Part shown: positions 1 through 9,193 of the stretch, piece by piece | How positions within the stretch are numbered: position 1 is the first letter of the stretch | Layout of the letters: every line of letters begins with the position of its first letter | DNA from: a candidate division FCPU426 bacterium | GTDB lineage: Bacteria > Oederibacteriota > PGYV01 > Palsa-1178 | Reading direction: 5' to 3' | DNA: 64,000 nucleotides | NCBI GenBank assembly: GCA_963840035.1 | Contig: CAWIXE010000003.1 | Coordinates: forward strand, 128,001-192,000 | Notes under the pieces: model-generated | The model's input: only the letters and a program-made list of their open reading frames with translations | The model's database searches: none | Told to the model about the DNA's origin: nothing | Made by a program: the position numbers and the translations under genes

Positions 1-720
1 CAGGCACTCCATCATGCGTACAGTTGACGCGGCCGGAGCGTAATACGCGCTTCCGGTTTTTAAAAGGGCCACAATCTCAGCCCCTCCGTTGCGCGCCTTG
101 TCGGTTAATTCCGTTACTTCCGCGGCAGGCACATGGGCGGAGAGTTCTTTTCCGGCCACTTTTGTATGCGAGACAAGCGGCACCATGGTGTCGCCGTGCG
201 AGCCGAGTATCATGGATTCTATGTAGTTGGAAGGGACTTTCAGCCTGTTTTGTATGAAGTGGTAGAACCTGTATGTATCAAGCACGCCGGCCATTCCCAT
301 GACGCGGTGCCTGGAAAAGCCGGTGACTTTGTAAGCTGTATACGCCATGACATCAAGAGGGTTTGAAACGATGATGACAAATGGGTTCTTTTTTGAGGCT
401 TTAATCTTTAAGGAAACATCCTTGATTATTTCGAAATTCTTGAAAAGAAGGTCGTCCCTGGTCATACCCGGTTTCCTGGCAAGCCCGGCTGTCACCACTA
501 TTACGTCAGCGTCCATTATCTGCCCGTAGTCATCGCCGCCTTCCACTTTCGCGTCGGAACCAAAAAGGAATTTTGACTGGTTTAAGTCTATGGCTTTTCC
601 TTTGGCCATGTCGGCCGCGACGTCAAGCAGATATATGTCCCCTAAATTTTTCATGAGCGCGATGTGCGCTGTCGTCGCGCCGACGTTGCCGGCGCCGATT
701 ATGCCGATCTTGGTTTTCAT
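1..720 (-). CDS. mdh: Malate dehydrogenase (LDH-like MDH), truncated by the window start
   Basis: Manual translation from ATG at 720: MKTKIGIIGAGNVGATTA (Rossmann), VVTAGLARKPGMTRDDLL, VSNPLD, MAGVLD, LGSHGDTMVP; RBS AAGGAG; downstream of icd. Confidence 0.92.
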   Translation of the reverse strand, partial: MKTKIGIIGAGNVGATTAHIALMKNLGDIYLLDVAADMAKGKAIDLNQSKFLFGSDAKVEGGDDYGQIMDADVIVVTAGLARKPGMTRDDLLFKNFEIIKDVSLKIKASKKNPFVIIVSNPLDVMAYTAYKVTGFSRHRVMGMAGVLDTYRFYHFIQNRLKVPSNYIESMILGSHGDTMVPLVSHTKVAGKELSAHVPAAEVTELTDKARNGGAEIVALLKTGSAYYAPAASTVRMMECL

Positions 721-735
721 AAGGTCTCCTTAGTA

Positions 736-807
736 TAGCTCAGAGCCCAGAGCCCAAAGCTCAAGGGAATGCTCCTCCTTGGGCTATGGGCTTTGGGACA
801 TAGGCTT
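736..807. repeat. Heptamer-periodic inverted repeat (AGCCCA-type arms)
   Basis: tagctca gagccca gagccca aagctca agg ... cct tgggcta tgggctt tgggaca taggctt between icd and mdh. Confidence 0.85.
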
Positions 808-808
808 G

Positions 809-2014
809 TTATTTCATGTTCTCCACTATTTTTGTCGCAAACTCCGAACAGCGCACTTCAGTCGCGCCTTCCATCTGCCTTGCCATGTCATATGTGACGA
901 ATTTCTGCGTGAATGTTTTTTCCATGGCTGATATTATCAGGTTCGCGGCTTCCACCCAGCCCATGTGCTCGAGCATCATGACGGCCGAGAGTATAAGGGA
1001 ACCCGGGTTTATCTTGTCCAAGTTGGCGTACTTTGGGGCGGTGCCGTGTGTGGCTTCGAACATGGCGAATTTTCCGATGTTCGCTCCGGGCGCGATGCCC
1101 AGTCCGCCGACCTGCGCTGCCGCCGCGTCAGAGAGGTAATCGCCGTTTAAGTTCGGCGTGACCACCACGTCATATTCATCGGGCCTTAAAAGCACCTGCT
1201 GGAACATGGCGTCCGCTATGCGGTCTTTTACGATTATTTTTCCTTCGGCCGATACGCCGGGTTTCATGTCTGATTCTTTTATTATCATGTCCTTAAAGTT
1301 CTCGTCAGCTTCCTTATAGCACCATTTCGCGAAGGCGCCCTCGGTATACTTCATGATGTTGCCCTTGTGCACTATGGTGACGGACTTCTTTTTGTTTTTT
1401 ATGGCGTACTGCATGGCCATCCTCATTAACCTGCGCGAACCGAACTCGCTCATGGGCTTGATGCCGATTCCGCTTTCGGAAAGTATTGACTTGTTGAAGT
1501 TGTCGTTGATGAAAGAGATCATTTTCTTGGCTTCTGCCGAACCGGCTTCCCATTCTATCCCGGCGTATACATCCTCGGTGTTTTCCCTGAAGATGACGAT
1601 GTTAAGCTTTTCAGGGTGCTTTACCGGGGAGGGGACATTTGTAAACCAGCGCACCGGCCTGACGCAGGCGAAGAGGTCCAGCCTCTGGCGCAGCGTTACA
1701 TTTAACGACCTTATGCCGCCGCCGATGGGCGTGGTTAACGGGCCCTTAATGGAGACCACATAGTCTTTTACAGCTTCTATTGTTTCTTCCGGAAGGTAAG
1801 TTCCGTATTTTAAGTTTGCCTTTTCACCGGCGTAAATTTCTTTCCATTCAATTTTCCGGGTTCCGTTATATGCCGTTGCGACGGCGCCGTCGACTACCGC
1901 GGCCGTGGCTTTCCAGATATCCGGCCCAATCCCGTCGCCTTCTATGTAGGCAATGATGGGGTTATCAGGTACGACAAGTTCGTTCTTTTCGTTTAAGGTT
2001 ATTTTTTCAGCCAT
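809..2014 (-). CDS. icd: NADP-dependent isocitrate dehydrogenase
   Basis: [66 protein letters not shown] motifs. Confidence 0.96.
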   Translation of the reverse strand: MAEKITLNEKNELVVPDNPIIAYIEGDGIGPDIWKATAAVVDGAVATAYNGTRKIEWKEIYAGEKANLKYGTYLPEETIEAVKDYVVSIKGPLTTPIGGGIRSLNVTLRQRLDLFACVRPVRWFTNVPSPVKHPEKLNIVIFRENTEDVYAGIEWEAGSAEAKKMISFINDNFNKSILSESGIGIKPMSEFGSRRLMRMAMQYAIKNKKKSVTIVHKGNIMKYTEGAFAKWCYKEADENFKDMIIKESDMKPGVSAEGKIIVKDRIADAMFQQVLLRPDEYDVVVTPNLNGDYLSDAAAAQVGGLGIAPGANIGKFAMFEATHGTAPKYANLDKINPGSLILSAVMMLEHMGWVEAANLIISAMEKTFTQKFVTYDMARQMEGATEVRCSEFATKIVENMK

Positions 2015-2017
2015 TTT

Positions 2018-3418
2018 TTACTCCACGTTTTTTGAGAATTTAGCGTAGATTTCAGGGAGGTGTATCTTTGTGAAATCGATCATTTCCTCGTCGGAAATGC
2101 CGATGGTACGCTCGCCTTCATACGCCTTGTCTACTGCCGATTTGATTATCTTTACTCCTTCGGCGTCTTTCGTAATTTTTTCTGCCGCGGGAACTTTGAA
2201 GTAGTTGTTTACCCAGTAAGCGATGCCTGCCACGCCGGACTTGTCGGTGATGCCGACCATGGGCGGCCTGTTCAATATTTTTTCCGTATCAAAGATGTTA
2301 TAGATCTCTTCGCTCTTTGAGATGCCGTCGGCGTGTATGCCGGCTTTTGTCAGGTTGAAGTTCTTTCCCACAAAAGGCCTGTTAGTGGCGATCTCAACTC
2401 CCATTTCGTGGTGCATGAAATCCGCAATCTCGGTTATGACTGTGGTGTCAATTTTTTCCTTGCCCTCCCTGCCGCGGAATGAAAGGTATTCCATTACAAG
2501 CGCTTCAATCGGGGTATTGCCGGTGCGTTCGCCGATTCCGAGCCACGCGCCGTTGGCTGCCGAGCACCCGTAAAGCCATGAATGCGAGGCGTTTGTTAAG
2601 CCGCGGTAAAAGTCATTATGCCCGTGCCACTCCAGCCATTCTGAAGGCACTTCAGCGTGTTTGTTAAGGCCGTAAATAATTCCGTGCACATTCCTGGGAA
2701 GCGCGGCGCCCGCTATGGCTATGCCGTATCCCATGGTGTCGCAGGCCCTTACTTTAACCGGCATGTTGTATTCCTTTGAAAGTTTCATCAGCTCGCGCGC
2801 GAATGGAATTACAAAGCCGTAAATATCGGCGCGTGTGATATCTTCAAAATGGCAGCGCGGGATGATGCCGTTGTCAAGCGCGGCGCGGACAATCTTTAAA
2901 TAGTTTTCCATGGCCTGTTTGCGGGTCCATTTAAGCTTAAGGAAGATATGATAATCAGAAACTGATGTAAGGATGCCGGTTTCTTTTAATCCCATTTCTT
3001 TTACAAGCTTGAAGTCCGATTCCACAGCCCTGATCCAGCCGGTTACCTGAGGGTACTTATAACCGCGCGCCAGGCATTTTTCAACCGCTTCGCGGTCCCT
3101 TTTAGTGTAAAGGAAAAATTCCGTCTGCCTGATAAGCCCGGAGTCGCCGTCAAGCTTGTGCATAAGGTCAAAGAGCTGAACTATGTGCTCAACCTTGAAA
3201 GGCGGCAAAGACTGCTGGCCGTCGCGGAATGTAGTGTCTGTAATCCACGCGTTTTCGACGACGTTCATCGGAACGAGGCGCTGGTTGAAAATAATGCGCG
3301 GCACATCTTCATAAGGGAACATGTCCCTGTAAAGCTGCGGTTCGGCTACATTTTGTAGCTCGTAGTGGTAAAATTCTTCCTCAAACAGGTTAATCCTTTT
3401 GTTGAAATTTAATGACAT
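2018..3418 (-). CDS. Re-citrate synthase (DRE-TIM / isopropylmalate synthase superfamily)
   Basis: ITDTTFRDGQQS, HGHNDF, GIGERTGNTP, AGIHADG; N-terminal EPQLYRDMFPY typical of Re-citrate synthases; first gene of the icd-mdh operon. Confidence 0.85.
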   Translation of the reverse strand: MSLNFNKRINLFEEEFYHYELQNVAEPQLYRDMFPYEDVPRIIFNQRLVPMNVVENAWITDTTFRDGQQSLPPFKVEHIVQLFDLMHKLDGDSGLIRQTEFFLYTKRDREAVEKCLARGYKYPQVTGWIRAVESDFKLVKEMGLKETGILTSVSDYHIFLKLKWTRKQAMENYLKIVRAALDNGIIPRCHFEDITRADIYGFVIPFARELMKLSKEYNMPVKVRACDTMGYGIAIAGAALPRNVHGIIYGLNKHAEVPSEWLEWHGHNDFYRGLTNASHSWLYGCSAANGAWLGIGERTGNTPIEALVMEYLSFRGREGKEKIDTTVITEIADFMHHEMGVEIATNRPFVGKNFNLTKAGIHADGISKSEEIYNIFDTEKILNRPPMVGITDKSGVAGIAYWVNNYFKVPAAEKITKDAEGVKIIKSAVDKAYEGERTIGISDEEMIDFTKIHLPEIYAKFSKNVE

Positions 3419-3590
3419 AACAGCCTCCTGAAATAGAGTTATTAGCTTAAAGTTTAAATGTCCGGCGTCGTGGTTGTGGTTGTTACAACTTCAAACCTGT
3501 AACCCTAGACTTTAAACACGCAGCCTTATATAATAATGAAGAAGCGTTTGCATAAGGCCTTAAACAGCTTATTTACCAATAAGCAAAAGG

Positions 3591-3619
3591 ATTATATAGG
3601 AATGGGTCGGAATTGTCAA
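3591..3619 (-). promoter_or_regulatory. Consensus sigma70 promoter for the citrate synthase-icd-mdh operon
   Basis: Minus strand TTGACA-17 nt-TATAAT. Confidence 0.8.
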
Positions 3620-3633
3620 ACGGGAAAAAGCCG

Positions 3634-3725
3634 ATTTTCAATTTGAAATTTTCAATTTTCAATTAAAAACAAGGCGTTTTATTGTTTTGTGCTTAATTAA
3701 AAATTTAAAATAGAAAATTCAAAAT
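3634..3725. repeat. Heptamer-periodic inverted repeat (ATTTTCA-type)
   Basis: attttca atttgaa attttca attttca att ... aat taaaaat ttaaaat agaaaat tcaaaat. Confidence 0.75.
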
Positions 3726-3787
3726 TGGTTTTATCTTGATTTATATGGTAATTTAATATATATTATCTTCACTTACAGGAGGCACGC

Positions 3788-4822
3788 GTGGAACTGGATC
3801 AGATTGTTAAAAAGTTGAAAAGCGAGTTAAAAGAGGTTTCAGGCAAGCGGGTTCTGGTATTGTCCGGCATCATGCTTTTTGCCGTTTCCATAGTTTTTTG
3901 CTCGGTTTTCATATCCACAAGAGAATCCGTGGCAAACACCCCGTTTCAGCCGGCTTCTTTTAAGGACATCATGAAGGATAAAGGGCAGAACATAGGGGCC
4001 CTGTATAAAGACAGCTACGCTGAAGTGTCAAAAAGGGACAAGGACCTTGCTTATCTGCTGCTGAGGGAAAAATTTAAGGGCAAAAACGTCGCGTTTACCC
4101 TGTATAAGGTAAAACTCGGAGAGAATTTCTGGGGCATAGCCAAGGACCACGGAGTGAATATAGACACAATTATTGCGGCAAACCCTGACATGAACGATTT
4201 AAAATCATATTCCAACCAGCAGGTTATAATTCCGTCAAAACGCGGGGTCATACACGAGGTCAATGAAAACGGCGAGAACGCGGCCACGCTTGCGAACGTG
4301 TATAAAGTTGACAAGGCGGAAATAGAAAAAAACAACGACCTTTTCCTCGGAATGATGAACAGGGGAGACCTGATATTCATACCTGACGCGAAGCCGGTGT
4401 TTATCAGCGAGAATCTCAAGAAACTTTTTGCCAAGCGCAACATGTTCCGTTCCCCGCTTTCAGGAAAATACACTTCCTTAACAGGGGTAAGGATACATCC
4501 TGTGACAGGCGATAAGACAGTGCATCAGGGCGTCGATATAAAGGCGGACATGGGTTCATGGGTTGGAGCGTCAGCTGACGGCACCGTCATATTCGCGGGC
4601 TGGGCAGGGAACCTGGGCTACGCGGTTAAGATAAAACATAAAGACGGCTATATGTCGGTTTACGGACACTTAAGCAAAATATTTGTCCATGAAGGCCAGA
4701 AGGTTTTCGCGGGAAAACTTGTGGCAAAGACAGGCAATTCCGGAAGGACAACCGGCCCGCACCTTCACTTCGCGATTTATAAGGACGGGAGCCTGCAGGA
4801 CCCTTTAAAGTTCCTGTGGTAA
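3788..4822 (+). CDS. LysM + M23 family metallopeptidase
   Basis: N-terminal TM, LysM (YKVKLGENFWGIAK), HQGVD and TGPHLHF zinc motifs. Confidence 0.92.
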   Translation: MELDQIVKKLKSELKEVSGKRVLVLSGIMLFAVSIVFCSVFISTRESVANTPFQPASFKDIMKDKGQNIGALYKDSYAEVSKRDKDLAYLLLREKFKGKNVAFTLYKVKLGENFWGIAKDHGVNIDTIIAANPDMNDLKSYSNQQVIIPSKRGVIHEVNENGENAATLANVYKVDKAEIEKNNDLFLGMMNRGDLIFIPDAKPVFISENLKKLFAKRNMFRSPLSGKYTSLTGVRIHPVTGDKTVHQGVDIKADMGSWVGASADGTVIFAGWAGNLGYAVKIKHKDGYMSVYGHLSKIFVHEGQKVFAGKLVAKTGNSGRTTGPHLHFAIYKDGSLQDPLKFLW

Positions 4823-4932
4823 GACGATTCTGAATTCTGGATTCTAAATTTTGGATTAAAATAACCGGGACTAAAGCTGGGGTTTATATATCTAATGTCT
4901 AATATCGCATATCAAATATCAGGCCGGCAATA

Positions 4933-6423
4933 ATGCGCATAGTTTTTGCTTACCCTCCGCGTTTTGTCGACGGCAAGATCCCCCTTCTCGGGCAGAACAG
5001 GCAGTTTAAGTATACCCATTCAAACGAAATAAAAATATACCCACTCATCCCGGCTTATACTGTCACCATTTTAAAGCGCGACGGACATGATGTGCTTTTC
5101 CTGGACGCGATAAACATGGGGATGACCGGCGAGGATTTTGAAAAACAGCTGACGGATTTTAAGCCTGACATGGTAATCACCGAGACAAAAACACCCATTA
5201 TAAAATTCCACTGGGGCTGGATAGATTACATGAAGACGCAGCTGCCTAACGCGAAATTTGTTTTAGTCGGGGACCATGTAAGTTTCTTTCCTGATGAATC
5301 ACTGCAGAAGTCGAAGGTTGATTATGTTGTCGCGGGCGGGGATTATGACATATCGATTTCCATACTGGTAAAATACCTTGAAGGCAAAGGCGGCATGCCC
5401 GCGGGCGTGCACTACAGGACAAAAATTTTAACTCCCACGGCAGGATACCAGGAAATAAAAAACTCAGGAAAACCCGAGTTATATAACGACCTTGATTCGC
5501 TCCCGTTCATTGACCGGGACATAACGCACTGGGAAATATACGGCGAGGCTTACTTGTACAGGCCGTGCGCGTACATACTGACAGGACGCGGCTGCGGCAG
5601 GGAAGGCAAGGAAACAGGCGGGGTATGCACCTTCTGCATATGGCAGCACGCTTTCTGGCAGAGAAAGGCGCGCCTGCGTTCGCCTAAGAACGTGGCGGAT
5701 GAAATAGAAATACTTGTTAAAAAATACGGAGTATATGAAATATTTGACGATAATGAGTCGGGTGCGGTATGGTCACAGCCATGGCTTGAAGGATTCCTTG
5801 TAGAGATTGAAAAACGTGGTTTAAAGGGAAAGTTCATAATATCCACAAACGCGCGCGCTGAAAATCTGACCGAGGAAAAATGCAGGCTCATGAAAGCCAT
5901 AGGCTACAGGCTCCTGAAAGTCGGGCTTGAAGCGGGCACCACTGATTCACTGCGCAGGATGGGAAAACTTGAGTCAGTTGAAGAAATAATGGAAAACGTA
6001 AAGCGCGCAAAAAGATACGGTTTCAGGGTAATGCTCACAATGATGGTGGGTTATTCGTGGGAAGACGTACAGGACGTGAAGCAGACTTACAAAGTGGCAA
6101 AGGAACTCATGCTGTATAAAACGCATTTCGGCGATTCCCTTCAGGCGTCCATCATAATGCCATACCCGGGCACGCCCTTATACCGCGACGCGGAAAACCA
6201 CGGCTGGCTGACTGAAGCGGGGAAAGATTATGAAAAGATGGATATGGAGCATGACATTTTAAAATCAAATTATGACAATGTTTACTGGTGCAAAAAAATG
6301 TGGAACATACACAAACATCCGCTGTTTTTGCTCAAAAGCCTGCTGACGCTGAATAATAAAAGGGACATAGCCCTGGCGTTTCGCGGGGTTAAGTCTTTGC
6401 TGGGGCATACGAAAGATTATTAA
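4933..6423 (+). CDS. B12-binding radical SAM protein with expanded Cys motif (CX10CX2C)
   Basis: N-terminal cobalamin-binding domain; GRGCGREGKETGGVCTFC; FDDNE, VGLEAG, PYPGTPLY. Confidence 0.88.
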   Translation: MRIVFAYPPRFVDGKIPLLGQNRQFKYTHSNEIKIYPLIPAYTVTILKRDGHDVLFLDAINMGMTGEDFEKQLTDFKPDMVITETKTPIIKFHWGWIDYMKTQLPNAKFVLVGDHVSFFPDESLQKSKVDYVVAGGDYDISISILVKYLEGKGGMPAGVHYRTKILTPTAGYQEIKNSGKPELYNDLDSLPFIDRDITHWEIYGEAYLYRPCAYILTGRGCGREGKETGGVCTFCIWQHAFWQRKARLRSPKNVADEIEILVKKYGVYEIFDDNESGAVWSQPWLEGFLVEIEKRGLKGKFIISTNARAENLTEEKCRLMKAIGYRLLKVGLEAGTTDSLRRMGKLESVEEIMENVKRAKRYGFRVMLTMMVGYSWEDVQDVKQTYKVAKELMLYKTHFGDSLQASIIMPYPGTPLYRDAENHGWLTEAGKDYEKMDMEHDILKSNYDNVYWCKKMWNIHKHPLFLLKSLLTLNNKRDIALAFRGVKSLLGHTKDY

Positions 6424-6560
6424 CTGAGCATCCTGATACTTGTATTGTCCTTGTGGTGGGCGTATATCATGCGCCCGCGCTTTGTTTTTGTCAAAAAATC
6501 CAGCCCAGTCAATGACAAAACACCCTTGAAGCCCATGTATAACAATATTGCTAAATTTGT

Positions 6561-6589
6561 TTTACATATTACCTGCCCTGTGTTATAAT
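6561..6589 (+). promoter_or_regulatory. sigma70 promoter of the TA operon
   Basis: TTTACA-17 nt-TATAAT upstream of AGGAGG and ATG 6618. Confidence 0.65.
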
Positions 6590-6617
6590 AATATCGAAAA
6601 CCACACAGGAGGCCTTT

Positions 6618-6866
6618 ATGAAAACACAACTTAAAGCCGTGAGGCTTGAAAAGAAGATCATGGATTCCCTCGAACCCCTAATGAAAAGGAAACATTACAA
6701 TTTTTCCGAGGTGGTCACCGAGGCGCTTGAAGGCTACATAGAAGAACAAAAACTCGCTGAAGCGGTTAATGGGGCTTTTGGCGCATGGAAAGAAAAAAAC
6801 CACCCTGAATTTAAAAACGGCGTTGAAGCGTATGTAAGGAAGGTAAGAAAGGGCAGGAAATTTTAA
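6618..6866 (+). CDS. Antitoxin (RHH-like, VapB type)
   Basis: 82 aa, overlaps the PIN gene (TAATG); AFGAWK motif common in VapB-like partners. Confidence 0.75.
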   Translation: MKTQLKAVRLEKKIMDSLEPLMKRKHYNFSEVVTEALEGYIEEQKLAEAVNGAFGAWKEKNHPEFKNGVEAYVRKVRKGRKF

Positions 6867-7237
6867 TGGCGTTGTTTGACACGGATGTGTTGATAGACGT
6901 GTTGCGCGGCACTAAAGGGGCTAAAGAAGCGGTTCTAAAAAATGCGGGTCCAAATAATCTTATAAGCGCCATAACCTACGGTGAGATACTTTTCGGCATG
7001 CGCGGCCATGAGGACGAAATGACACTGAAGCTGTTATCGGCATTCCAGGTAATTGCTGCGGATAAATCCATTGTCGAGGCTGCAATTGATATAAAGCGGA
7101 AAGCAAAGGGGCATGACCTGGAGCTTTTTGACTGCATTATAGCCGCGACGGCGATGGTTACGGGAATGGAATTAATAACAAGGAATAAAAAACATTATCC
7201 GGATAAGAGGGTCAAGGTGGTTGTACCGGAGTATTAG
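6866..7237 (+). CDS. vapC: PIN-domain toxin (VapC family)
   Basis: FDTDVLID, ITYGEILFG, FDCIIAATA, LITRNKKHY. Confidence 0.9.
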   Translation: MALFDTDVLIDVLRGTKGAKEAVLKNAGPNNLISAITYGEILFGMRGHEDEMTLKLLSAFQVIAADKSIVEAAIDIKRKAKGHDLELFDCIIAATAMVTGMELITRNKKHYPDKRVKVVVPEY

Positions 7238-7247
7238 TCTGGCTATA

Positions 7248-7336
7248 GTAGCGGCAGGATTATCCTCTTCGCATAGCTTCGACGGACATGGTATCCTGCC
7301 GTACGAAGTGCCGGGCGCATATAATGCGCCCGCTAC
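7248..7336. repeat. GTAG-type REP-like palindrome cluster
   Basis: gtagcggcagga...tcctgccgtac and gggcgcatataatgcgcccgctac. Confidence 0.7.
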
Positions 7337-7353
7337 AAAATATGGAGGGAAAC

Positions 7354-7677
7354 ATGAAAAGAATAGTAACCGGGATTATGTTTGGCTCTATCGCAGGCGT
7401 GCTGGACGTCATACCTATGATTTTGCAAAAACTCAGCTTTGACACGGACATATCGGCTTTTTGCATGTGGGTGGTTTCGGGTTTCCTGGTTTCAGTGATA
7501 AACATAAAAGTTCATTACCTTATAAAAGGCGTAATTGTCCCGTTTTGTGTTGCTCTGCCGGCGCTGGTTCTGATTGGCTGGAAAGAACCCTTCAACCTGA
7601 TACCAATCGGCATAATGACGGTAATTCTCGGGTTGGGGCTGGGGTTTGCAGTGGAAAAGTGGAACAAGGCGGTTTAA
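7354..7677 (+). CDS. Small 4-TM membrane protein
   Basis: GGAGG RBS then MKRIVTGIMFG; four hydrophobic segments. Confidence 0.75.
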   Translation: MKRIVTGIMFGSIAGVLDVIPMILQKLSFDTDISAFCMWVVSGFLVSVINIKVHYLIKGVIVPFCVALPALVLIGWKEPFNLIPIGIMTVILGLGLGFAVEKWNKAV

Positions 7678-7958
7678 GACTTTATTTGCTTTTCCTCGTC
7701 TTTTTTTTCGTAATCCCGCAGCACTTCCGCTGGAATCAATTTTGATATTATAAACATGCCCAATGCCGCCAGCGTTGCGTCGTCCAGCCAGCCTAAGACA
7801 GGGGCAAAATCAGGGATAAAATCAAAGGGAAGGATGATATATGATATTATGATGACGCCTATAAGTTTCGGGACCCACGGAGTGCGCTTATCAAAAAGTG
7901 CCTTAATAAGGTGAAATACCTGGTGAAAAAAACCGATTGAGTTTGTTTTATTTTTCAT
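7674..7958 (-). CDS. YkvA / DUF1232 family membrane protein
   Basis: DKRTPW, YIILPFDFIPDFAPVLGWLDD. Confidence 0.88.
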   Translation of the reverse strand: MKNKTNSIGFFHQVFHLIKALFDKRTPWVPKLIGVIIISYIILPFDFIPDFAPVLGWLDDATLAALGMFIISKLIPAEVLRDYEKKDEEKQIKS

Positions 7959-8014
7959 GTTGTTATTTTACCATATAAACGCCTAAAAGTTATTAAAAAT
8001 GGACATAAATACAC

Positions 8015-8043
8015 TTGACAAAAAGTTAAACTAAATGTAAAAT
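8015..8043 (+). promoter_or_regulatory. Extended -10 sigma70 promoter
   Basis: TTGACA-17 nt-TAAAAT. Confidence 0.75.
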
Positions 8044-8052
8044 GTGGTTACC

Positions 8053-9192
8053 ATGGTTAAAAGAACATACTGGATGAACCTCATAGAGAAAGCTTTAAAA
8101 CACAGGCCCATATTGTGGCTGCGCGGCGTAAGAAGGTCGGGCAAGACCTTTTTGTGCAAAAGTATTACGGGCGTCACTTATTTTGACTGTGAAATGCCGG
8201 AGGCGCGCAGATATGTGTCCAATGAAATATTCCTGAAGGAAAATACAGGAAAGACCATTGTACTTGATGAAATCCATAAGCTTGACGACCCTGCGGGGCT
8301 GCTCAAAGTTGCCGCCGACCACCACCCGGGCACAAAAATAATCGCTACAGGATCTTCTTCGCTTGAAACCATAAAAAAATTCAGCGATACACTGACCGGA
8401 AGAAAAAGCAGGATACTGCTTACGCCGGTTATTTCCGCGGAGTATGCGGGTTTTGGCGCGGCTTCAGCGGCAACCAGGATGCTAAACGGCGGGCTTCCCC
8501 CATTTTTATCCTCAAAAACAAGGCGCGCTGAGGATTATAACGAGTGGATAGACTCCTACTGGGCGAGGGATATAATGGGACTTTTCAAACTTGAAAAGCG
8601 CGATTCTTTCATGAAACTCATGGAACTTGTCTTTAATGACAGCGGGTGCATCTTTGACGCGGGGAAGTTTGCAGCCGCGTGTGAAGTCTCAAGGCAGACA
8701 ATTAAAAATTATCTTTCAGTGCTTGAAACCACGTCCGCGGTATATGTCATAAGGCCCTATTCAGGGAGGAACTTAAACGAGATAGTAGCCAGGCCAAAGG
8801 TTTATTGTTTTGATACCGGGTTTATGGCTTTCATAAAAGGCTGGGATGCGCTAAGGCAGGACGATTACGGCATAATGTGGGAGCATCTGGTGTTAAACGA
8901 GCTTACAGCCGCCCTGCAAAACGAAAAGGTTTTTTACTGGAGGGACAAGCAGGGGCACGAGGTTGATTTTGTGGTCAAGTCAGGCAGGGATTCAGTGGAT
9001 GCCATAGAATGCAAGTGGAAGTCCGAATCATTTGACCCGGCAAACATGAAAATATTCAGGAATTATCACCCCGGCGGGACCAACTATGTCGTTTCTCATG
9101 ACGCACACGGGAAAAAAGTCATGGAAAAGAAAGGGCTAAAAGTCACTTTCACCGGTATTGAAGACATAATAGAACTGTTTGGAAAGGAGTAA
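8053..9192 (+). CDS. AAA+ ATPase (AAA_14 + DUF4143)
   Basis: Walker A GVRRSGKT, Walker B LDEIH, ATGSS, GGLP, PKVYCFDTG, EVDFV...IECK. Confidence 0.9.
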   Translation: MVKRTYWMNLIEKALKHRPILWLRGVRRSGKTFLCKSITGVTYFDCEMPEARRYVSNEIFLKENTGKTIVLDEIHKLDDPAGLLKVAADHHPGTKIIATGSSSLETIKKFSDTLTGRKSRILLTPVISAEYAGFGAASAATRMLNGGLPPFLSSKTRRAEDYNEWIDSYWARDIMGLFKLEKRDSFMKLMELVFNDSGCIFDAGKFAAACEVSRQTIKNYLSVLETTSAVYVIRPYSGRNLNEIVARPKVYCFDTGFMAFIKGWDALRQDDYGIMWEHLVLNELTAALQNEKVFYWRDKQGHEVDFVVKSGRDSVDAIECKWKSESFDPANMKIFRNYHPGGTNYVVSHDAHGKKVMEKKGLKVTFTGIEDIIELFGKE

Positions 9193-9193
9193 C

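Noticed and set aside
24..529. Short + strand ORFs
   Set aside because: Antisense shadows of mdh, which the ORF track omits because it runs off the window edge.
6424..6588. In-frame hydrophobic extension after the radical SAM stop (possible readthrough)
   Set aside because: The stop is TAA, the protein looks complete, and the stretch overlaps a REP-like palindrome and the TA promoter.
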